A stretch of DNA of 64,000 bases from Occultella glacieicola. Its GTDB lineage: Bacteria; Actinomycetota; Actinomycetes; Actinomycetales; Beutenbergiaceae. Shown in pieces: positions 57,819 to 64,000 of this stretch. The DNA lies in assembly GCF_004353825.1 (NCBI RefSeq), contig NZ_SMNA01000015.1, positions 1 through 64,000 of the forward strand. The letters run 5' to 3'. Numbering within the stretch: the stretch's first letter is position 1; each line of letters starts with the position of its first letter. Below the pieces are notes generated by a model. It saw nothing but the letters and a program-made list of their open reading frames with translations, ran no database searches and was not told the origin of the DNA. A program made the position numbers and the translations under genes.

Positions 57819-58677
57819 GCCGCCGCTGCCCGACGTCCGCGACTGGGCCGCCCGGGCTTGGCCCAGCCATGACTGGGCGCACGCGCGCCTCGCGCACGGC
57901 GCGTTCCACCGGATCGCCGTTCTCGAGCAGACCGTGGTGGCCCGGGTCGCCTTCGGCGACGACGCCATCGAACGCACCGCCCGCGAGGTGCGCACGCTGC
58001 ACGTGGTCGCGGCCCTCGGGCTGCCGGTGACCACCCCGCGCCCGCTCGGCGAGATCGTCACGTCCGGCGGCGCGGCCGGGATCCTGACCACCTTCGTTCC
58101 CGGCGTCGCCTCAGACGCGCCCTGGCCGCGGGTGCGCGAGCCGCTCGCGGCCCTGCTCGAACGGCTGCGCGCGACCGCACCCCCCGACGTCGGGCTCTCG
58201 CCACCGCGCGCCTGGTGCGGCGGGTCGAGCTGGCCCCGGATCGTCGCGGACTACCTCGCGCCTCAACTCCCGACGGCGGTCGCGGCCGAGGCGGTCGCGC
58301 TCACCGAGCGGGTGGTCGCCGTCGAGGCCGGCGTGCCGCCGGCGTTCGTGCACGGAGACTTCGGCATGCACAACCTGCTCTGGTCGGGTCGCTCGGTCAC
58401 GGGGATGATCGATCTCGACCACGCGGCCTGGGCGGACCCGGCGATCGACGTGGCACCCCTGATCGGGCAGTTCGGAGCCGCTCAGGTCGCCGAGATCGCC
58501 GAGCCTGCCGTGCTGAGTCGGGCGATGCACCATCGGGCCACGCTGTCCCTCCAGGTCGCGGCCGCGGCACAACTCGCCGGGGACACCGAACTGCGCGACT
58601 TCGCCCTCGGTAACTTCGCCCGCCGCGTTGCCGACGGCACCAGCCACGATCCGGGCGGCATGCGGCCACGGGACTGA
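57811..58677 (+). CDS. Aminoglycoside/peptide phosphotransferase (APH) family protein
   Basis: HGAFH, VARV, VHGDFGMHNLLW, IDLD, DPAID. Confidence 0.8.
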   Translation: MAEPPLPDVRDWAARAWPSHDWAHARLAHGAFHRIAVLEQTVVARVAFGDDAIERTAREVRTLHVVAALGLPVTTPRPLGEIVTSGGAAGILTTFVPGVASDAPWPRVREPLAALLERLRATAPPDVGLSPPRAWCGGSSWPRIVADYLAPQLPTAVAAEAVALTERVVAVEAGVPPAFVHGDFGMHNLLWSGRSVTGMIDLDHAAWADPAIDVAPLIGQFGAAQVAEIAEPAVLSRAMHHRATLSLQVAAAAQLAGDTELRDFALGNFARRVADGTSHDPGGMRPRD

Positions 58678-58697
58678 GTGCAGCTAGGCTCTGCGCC

Positions 58698-59708
58698 GTG
58701 ACTGCTGAGGATGTCAGGGTGACCCCGTCCATGGAGAGCACGATCTGGCGCGGCGCCGTCGACTGGGCCGCCGAGGATGGGCTCTGGCAGCCGTGGCGGC
58801 TGCTGCCCGCGCAGGCCGACCGCGCACACGCGCCCGATCTGATCCGGGTCGCCCGGATGGCCGCCGGGGTGCGCGCGCAGGTGCGCACCGACGCGGGCGA
58901 ACTCGTCCTGCCGTTCGAACATGCCGACGGCGAGGGCCGGATCGACCTGATCGTCGACGGCGAACTCACCCGCCGTGTCGACGTCGCCGAGGGGGTCGCC
59001 GAGGTGAGGCTCCCGCTGCCGGCCGGGGTACACGACGTCGAGCTCTGGTTGCCGCAGTCCGGCAACACCCGGGTGGGCGACCTCGGCCTGGTCGGCGCGA
59101 ACGTCGCCGAGGCGACGGCGCCACGGCCCCGGTGGACCACCTACGGCAGTTCGATCAGCCAGTGCGGCGCCGCGTTCGGGCCGAGCGAGACCTGGCCCGC
59201 GCTCGTGGCGCGCCGGCTCGGCTGGGACCTGACCTGCCTGGGGTTCTCGGGTCAGTGTCACCTCGACCCGATCGCGGCGCGCACGATCGCCGCCGTGCCC
59301 GCCGACGTGATCTCCCTCTGTCTCGGCATCAACATCATGGGCGGCGCCACGTTCGGCCCACGTTCGTTCGCCGCGCACATCTCCGGCTTCGTGGAGCAGG
59401 TCCGCGCGGCCCATCCCGACGTGCCGATCCTGGTGATGACCCCGATCGTCAGCCCGCCCCGGGAACGCACGCCGAACGCCGTCGGGCTCACCCTGGAGCT
59501 GATGCGCACGGCCATCGCCGAGGTGGTCGCCATGCTTGCGACCGACGATCCGAACCTGCACCTGCTCGACGGGACGACCATCATCGGCACCGAGGACGTC
59601 CACCTGCTCCCCGACGACCTGCATCCCGACGGCGAGGGGTACCGGCTCATGGCGGAGCGGATCGCCCCGGCGCTGGTCAACCTGCCCCGGCTCGTCGGCG
59701 TGCGCTAG
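58698..59708 (+). CDS. SGNH/GDSL hydrolase
   Basis: YGSSISQ, LGFSG, LGIN, DDLHP. Confidence 0.87.
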   Translation: MTAEDVRVTPSMESTIWRGAVDWAAEDGLWQPWRLLPAQADRAHAPDLIRVARMAAGVRAQVRTDAGELVLPFEHADGEGRIDLIVDGELTRRVDVAEGVAEVRLPLPAGVHDVELWLPQSGNTRVGDLGLVGANVAEATAPRPRWTTYGSSISQCGAAFGPSETWPALVARRLGWDLTCLGFSGQCHLDPIAARTIAAVPADVISLCLGINIMGGATFGPRSFAAHISGFVEQVRAAHPDVPILVMTPIVSPPRERTPNAVGLTLELMRTAIAEVVAMLATDDPNLHLLDGTTIIGTEDVHLLPDDLHPDGEGYRLMAERIAPALVNLPRLVGVR

Positions 59709-59743
59709 CGTCGGCATCCCTCGCAACGGCAAAGGAGCACGCG

Positions 59744-61231
59744 ATGGCGTCGACGCACCACAAGATCGACCCGGCTGAGGCGATCGACCCGTTGATCCTC
59801 GGCCTCGACGTCGGCTCGACCGCGTCCCGCGGTGGCCTCTACGACGCCGCCGCCCGGCCGCTCGAGGGACCGAGGGCGAAGGTACCGCACGCGTTCACCA
59901 CGGCCGCGGACGGCACCAGCGAGATCGACCCGGACGCCGTCGTCGACGAGATCGAACAGATCCTCGACCTGCTCGCGACACCGGACCTGCGGGGGCGGAT
60001 CGGTGGCGTCGCGATCGACACGTTCTCCGCCTCCCTCGTGGGCGTCGACGCCCGGGGGCGGGCGGTCACCCCCTGCTACACCTACGCCGACTCCCGGTGC
60101 GCCGCGCAGGTCCGCGAGCTTCGTGACGAACTGGATGAGCAGGACGTGCTGCAGCGCACCGGCACCCGGCTGCACAGCAGCTACCTGCCCGCCCGGCTGC
60201 GCTGGCTGGCCGCGACCGACCGGGCGGCCTTCTCCGCCGTCGACCGCTGGATGTCCCTGGGCGAATACGTCCACCTGCGGATCATCGGCACCGCCGTGGT
60301 CGGTACCGCCGCGGCCGCCTGGACCGGGCTGCTGGACCGGCGCACCGGCGCGTGGGACGAGCGGATGGTCGAGACCTCGGGCATCGACGTGGCCCAGCTC
60401 TCCCCGGTCCACGACCCGGACCTACCGGTGCGCGAGGTGTCCGCCCGGGTCGCCGAGCGGTGGCCCGCGCTGGCCGGGGCGGCCTGGTACCCGGTGATCG
60501 CGGACGGGCTCGCCTCGAACGTCGGCGTCGGGGCGACGGCGGAGGGAACCGTCGCGCTCGCGGCCGCCACCAGCGGGGCGATGCGGGTGCTCCTGCACCA
60601 GATCCCGCAGACCATCCCGAGCGGGCTCTGGTGCTACCGGGTCGACGCCCGCCGCAGCCTGCTCGGTGGGGCGCTCAACGACGTCGGCCGGGTGGTCACC
60701 TGGCTGGAGCAGACCCTGCGCGTGCCGGACGACGTCGGCGCCGTCCTCGCCGCCGATCCCGACCCGGCCACGCCCACCGTGCTGCCGTACCTCAGCGGCG
60801 AACGCTCCACCGGCTGGGCCGCGCAGGCCCGGGCGACGATCACGGACGTGGGCGCCGCGGCCACCGCCGAGCTGATCTACCGGGGCGCGATGGAGGGTGT
60901 CGCGCTCAGCTACGCACGGGTGGCCGAGGAACTGGCCGGCGCGGCCGGGACCCACGCGCACGAGATCCGTGCGGCCGGCCGGGTCGCCGCGGACCTGACG
61001 CCGTGGCTGCAGGTGGTCGCCGACGGCCTCGACGCGGACGTGCGGCACGTGACGAACAAACGCACCACCCTGCGCGGGACCGCCCTGATCGCGCTGGAGT
61101 CGCTCGCGCCGGACGTGCCGCGCTCCGAGCCCACGATCGGTGCGACGTTCGAGCCCGTGCCGGCCCGACGCGGATATTACGACGAACGAGCCCGGCGGTA
61201 CCAGGACGTGTACGCGGCGCTCGTGCGCTGA
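59744..61231 (+). CDS. FGGY carbohydrate kinase (gluconokinase-like)
   Basis: LDVGST, YADSR, ADG...NVG, TSGAMR, GLWCY, PYLSGER. AAGGAG RBS. Confidence 0.85.
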   Translation: MASTHHKIDPAEAIDPLILGLDVGSTASRGGLYDAAARPLEGPRAKVPHAFTTAADGTSEIDPDAVVDEIEQILDLLATPDLRGRIGGVAIDTFSASLVGVDARGRAVTPCYTYADSRCAAQVRELRDELDEQDVLQRTGTRLHSSYLPARLRWLAATDRAAFSAVDRWMSLGEYVHLRIIGTAVVGTAAAAWTGLLDRRTGAWDERMVETSGIDVAQLSPVHDPDLPVREVSARVAERWPALAGAAWYPVIADGLASNVGVGATAEGTVALAAATSGAMRVLLHQIPQTIPSGLWCYRVDARRSLLGGALNDVGRVVTWLEQTLRVPDDVGAVLAADPDPATPTVLPYLSGERSTGWAAQARATITDVGAAATAELIYRGAMEGVALSYARVAEELAGAAGTHAHEIRAAGRVAADLTPWLQVVADGLDADVRHVTNKRTTLRGTALIALESLAPDVPRSEPTIGATFEPVPARRGYYDERARRYQDVYAALVR

Positions 61232-61265
61232 GCCGGCCGACCGGCCGCCGCAGCCCCGGAGACCG

Positions 61266-61823
61266 TCAGGCCTCGAGCACGCTCGCGGGCAGGTGCCCGT
61301 CGAAACCGTCGATCGACCTGGCGTTCTTGTCCCGCTGGTAGCGGGCCAGGCCCTCCGCGCCGCGTCGGTCCGCCCACGAGTGCATCAGGTCCCGCTGACC
61401 GACGAAGTCGAACAACGGCACGCCGAAGCCGCACGAGGTCTGCACCTCCTCGACCCGGATGTCGTAGACCTGCCGGGCGCCGAGCAGCGGCGGGAACAGG
61501 CCGACCAGCTCGTCCCAGTCAGCATCGCCCGGCTGCACCATCCGGGTGGTTCCGAACAGGCGCAGGATCCACGGCTTGCCCTCGAACGCGCAGAACATGA
61601 CCGTGATCCGCGGGTTCAGCGCCGTGTGCGCCGCGGTCTCGTTCCCGGAGCCGGTGCCGTTCAGCCAGGCGACCCGGTTCGGGCCGAGGATCCGGAACGT
61701 GTCCAGACCCTTCGGGGAGACGTTGACCCGCCCGTCCGCCGCCGCCGTCGCGACGAAGAACATCTGCTGACGCTCGATGAACTGCCACAGCTTCGGCTCG
61801 ATGCTGTCGTAGAAGGTGGCCAT
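61266..61823 (-). CDS. Pyridoxamine 5'-phosphate oxidase-family protein
   Basis: FFVATA, NVSPKG, TGSGNET, MFCAF, TSCGFGVP. Confidence 0.88.
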   Translation of the reverse strand: MATFYDSIEPKLWQFIERQQMFFVATAAADGRVNVSPKGLDTFRILGPNRVAWLNGTGSGNETAAHTALNPRITVMFCAFEGKPWILRLFGTTRMVQPGDADWDELVGLFPPLLGARQVYDIRVEEVQTSCGFGVPLFDFVGQRDLMHSWADRRGAEGLARYQRDKNARSIDGFDGHLPASVLEA

Positions 61824-61829
61824 GCGCCG

Positions 61830-62276
61830 TCAGCCCCGGCGCCGGCGCAGCCGGGTGCGCAACACACACGCCACCGAGACCGCGACGATCGCACCGAGGA
61901 TCTGACCGCCGAGGATCGCCCGGTTCACGTCCAGCGCGGGCTGCCAGGACACCTTGCCGTCGCGGACCACGTAGACCCCGGCCGGGCGGGCGAGCACCCC
62001 GAACCCGCCGCCACCGCCGGAGCCCTCGGCGTGCGGGGCGCCCTCGCCGGACGGGCCCATCCCGGCGCCGTCCCCGTAGCCCATGCCCGCGCCGCCGTAC
62101 ACCTTCGCGACCGGGATCACCGTGGCGCCGTCGGAGGAGTAGGCCTCGCCGAACACCCGCTTCACGGTGAGTGCGTCGCGGGCGGCCTCGATGGGCAGCC
62201 TCGGGTCGCCGTGGGGTGGGCGGGGCGGCTTCGGCGGGTGCTGGTCGTGATCAGGCGTTCCCTCACTCGTATTCAT
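61830..62276 (-). CDS. YtfJ/GerW-like protein
   Basis: RVFGEA, TVIPVA, Gly-rich GSGGGGGFG, PAGVYV, C-terminal TM. Confidence 0.75.
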   Translation of the reverse strand: MNTSEGTPDHDQHPPKPPRPPHGDPRLPIEAARDALTVKRVFGEAYSSDGATVIPVAKVYGGAGMGYGDGAGMGPSGEGAPHAEGSGGGGGFGVLARPAGVYVVRDGKVSWQPALDVNRAILGGQILGAIVAVSVACVLRTRLRRRRG

Positions 62277-62283
62277 CCCACCA

Positions 62284-62670
62284 TCATGACCCCAGCAGGA
62301 GCCCGACGGCGAGGCCCAGGGTCGCCGCGAGCACGGTGAGCAGCAACGTCCCGAACGCGCTCACCAGACCCCGGCGCAGATCGCCCGAGGCGACCAGACG
62401 GACCGACTCCACCATCGCCGTCGAGAAGGTCGTGTACCCGCCGCAGAAGCCGGTGGCCGCGACCGTGTACACGTCGGCGGAGATCACACCCGTGCTCAGG
62501 GCACCGGCGAGCACCCCGATGACCACGGACCCGGTGACGTTGATGATCATCGTCGCGACCGGCAGGAGCCGTGACCACCGCCCCCGGATCGCCCCGTCCA
62601 CGGCGAACCGGGCCGCGGCGCCGAGGCCGCCGAGCAGCCCGACGAGGAGGGCCACCAGCACGGGGCTCAT
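62284..62670 (-). CDS. crcB: Fluoride channel Fluc
   Basis: GGLGAAARF, INVTGS, GFCGGYTTFST. Confidence 0.92.
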   Translation of the reverse strand: MSPVLVALLVGLLGGLGAAARFAVDGAIRGRWSRLLPVATMIINVTGSVVIGVLAGALSTGVISADVYTVAATGFCGGYTTFSTAMVESVRLVASGDLRRGLVSAFGTLLLTVLAATLGLAVGLLLGS

Positions 62671-63104
62671 CCTGGTCCGCCCGAGCCGGCGGCGCGCCGC
62701 CGGTGCCGGGCCCCGGCGAGGGCCACCCCGGCCAGGCACGCCGCGAGACCGAGCACCACGCTCCCGAGCCCGTAGCCGAGGCCGAGCGCGACCTGCCCGT
62801 CGGCGAGCAGCTGCTGCACCTCGAGCGCGAGGCTGGAGAACGTGGTGAACCCGCCGAGCATCCCGGTGCCGAGCCCGAGCCGTAGCAGCCGCCGGGTGCG
62901 GGTCTCCGCGCCGCGGCGCACGAGGGCTTCGAGGAGCAGGCCGAGCGCGAACGCGCCGAGCAGGTTCTCGACGGCGGTCGCGACCGGCAGGCCGTCGTCG
63001 TGGGGGAGGAGGTGGCCGAGCCCGTAACGGGCCAGGGTGCCGGCGGCGCCGCCGAGCGCGACCACCGCGAGGAACCGTGGGTCGCGGTGTGCCGGGCGGC
63101 TCAC
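62667..63104 (-). CDS. crcB: Fluoride channel Fluc (second paralog)
   Basis: GGAAGTLARY, ENLLGAF, GMLGGFTTFSS. Confidence 0.92.
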   Translation of the reverse strand: MSRPAHRDPRFLAVVALGGAAGTLARYGLGHLLPHDDGLPVATAVENLLGAFALGLLLEALVRRGAETRTRRLLRLGLGTGMLGGFTTFSSLALEVQQLLADGQVALGLGYGLGSVVLGLAACLAGVALAGARHRRRAAGSGGPG

Positions 63105-63610
63105 CGGGCGCCGTCGTGCTTCGCCGGGATCACCAGCACCGGAACGTCCTGGGTGTGCGCGAGGTGACCCGCGACCGACCCACCGATCAGCTCGTTCATC
63201 CAGCCGCCGAAGCCGGGGCGGCGGGTGCCGACCACGATCATCGACGCACCGTGCTCCGCGGCGGCGACCGCCAGGCCCCGGGTGACCTCGCCGATCCGGT
63301 ACTCCAGCGCCCAGGGCACGCCGGTCGGAGCGAGCACGCCGGTGAGACGGGCCACGAGGAGCTCGACCGTGTCGTCGTCGTCCGCGCGGTCCGGGTCCAG
63401 CGGCACGGTCGGCAGCGTCCCGTCGATGCCGACGAGCCCCTCGGAGGCGGCGATCTGCGTGCCGTCGACCCACGTGCACAGCAGTCCGGTGCCCATCGTG
63501 GCGGCGATCTCGGCGGCACGGGTCGGCACCTGCGGTGTCTGATCCGGCTCGACGCCGACCACGAGCGGATGCTCCGGCGCATCCCCCGACCATGGGCGTG
63601 ACGTCCTCAC
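63101..63610 (-). CDS. Universal stress protein
   Basis: LVVGV, MIVVGT, GGSVAGHL, PVLVIP. GGAGG RBS. Confidence 0.88.
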   Translation of the reverse strand: MRTSRPWSGDAPEHPLVVGVEPDQTPQVPTRAAEIAATMGTGLLCTWVDGTQIAASEGLVGIDGTLPTVPLDPDRADDDDTVELLVARLTGVLAPTGVPWALEYRIGEVTRGLAVAAAEHGASMIVVGTRRPGFGGWMNELIGGSVAGHLAHTQDVPVLVIPAKHDGAR

Positions 63611-63761
63611 GTGCTGCTCCCTCCGCCGGGCGCCACTCTACGCGCGACCCATGGTGGCGCCGATCACACTCGGCCCGGTCTGGTTGCGGAAACCCCGTCG
63701 CGGCGGATGATGGTTTCCCACAGGTCCGCCGTGGACCGGATGTGGGAGGGATGTAGGCACG

Positions 63762-63971
63762 ATGGGACGTCACGTACGCGAGGGCGTCGAGGTGGACGCC
63801 GTCCCCGAAGCACCCGAGGCACCCGAGGCACAGTCGGCCGATGAAGCCACCGAGGCGAGCGACGCCGCTGAGGACGTCGCCGACCCCGCGCAGACCGGCC
63901 CGGCTGCGGGCGGCGCCGATGACACCGCTGCGGACGTGCAGGTCTCGAGCCCCGACGACCCGGAGGTCTGA
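63762..63971 (+). CDS. Small acidic, probably disordered hypothetical protein (69 aa)
   Basis: GGGAGG upstream, GC-rich third codon positions, PEA x3 repeat. Confidence 0.5.
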   Translation: MGRHVREGVEVDAVPEAPEAPEAQSADEATEASDAAEDVADPAQTGPAAGGADDTAADVQVSSPDDPEV

Positions 63972-64000
63972 GCGCCCCGCCCCGGATTGCGCGGCCCGGG

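Noticed and set aside
56628..61231. Secondary-metabolite biosynthetic cluster (aminotransferase, kinase, SGNH, sugar kinase)
   Set aside because: No scaffold-forming enzyme is present, and the SGNH gene has its own leaderless promoter.
63611..63761. Fluoride riboswitch upstream of usp-crcB-crcB
   Set aside because: No GGnGAUGG...GCUGAUG arrangement on the coding (minus) strand; partial look-alikes are on the wrong strand.

Overview
A high-GC actinobacterial chromosome segment (Micrococcales-like by gene content; the taxon is inferred). No rRNA, tRNA, CRISPR array, transposase or integrase was seen. In order: (1) the 5' part of a DUF222/13E12-like gene under a LexA box and a RecA-NDp/PafBC-type promoter; (2) a divergent nitrite/NO module made of a hemerythrin-like-DUF2249 protein, a 3-Cys ArnR/SufR-like regulator, an NnrS-like membrane protein and a 915-aa membrane-cupredoxin-NirK fusion; (3) purC, a stand-alone OLD-type TOPRIM protein, purS-purQ, rnhA, an AI-2E transporter and a methyltransferase; (4) a 12-kb divergent metal (probably zinc) uptake locus with two Zur-like boxes, a tandem GNAT, sortase-anchored TIGR03769-repeat proteins and an anchored-repeat ABC transporter whose binding protein carries a circularly permuted repeat; (5) a LacI-controlled polysaccharide utilisation operon (ABC, CE4 deacetylase, heparinase II/III-like lyase, an unknown protein, GH78) that overlaps the metal permease tail-to-tail by 162 nt; (6) a second sugar ABC; (7) a fadA2-fabG4-htdX-like cluster with TetR and an acyl-CoA dehydrogenase; (8) an IdeR-boxed siderophore-interacting protein and a SigR/SigH-type LLM gene; (9) an eroding MmyB-regulated oxidoreductase cluster; (10) a LexA-boxed Rv2578c-family radical SAM gene, a HicB-like remnant, an aminotransferase, an APH, an SGNH hydrolase and an FGGY kinase; (11) a usp-crcB-crcB-ytfJ-like-PNPOx run. 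All family calls come from motifs read by eye, without database searches. Many start codons were moved from the ORF track using RBSs, stop/start overlaps or leaderless -10 spacing.
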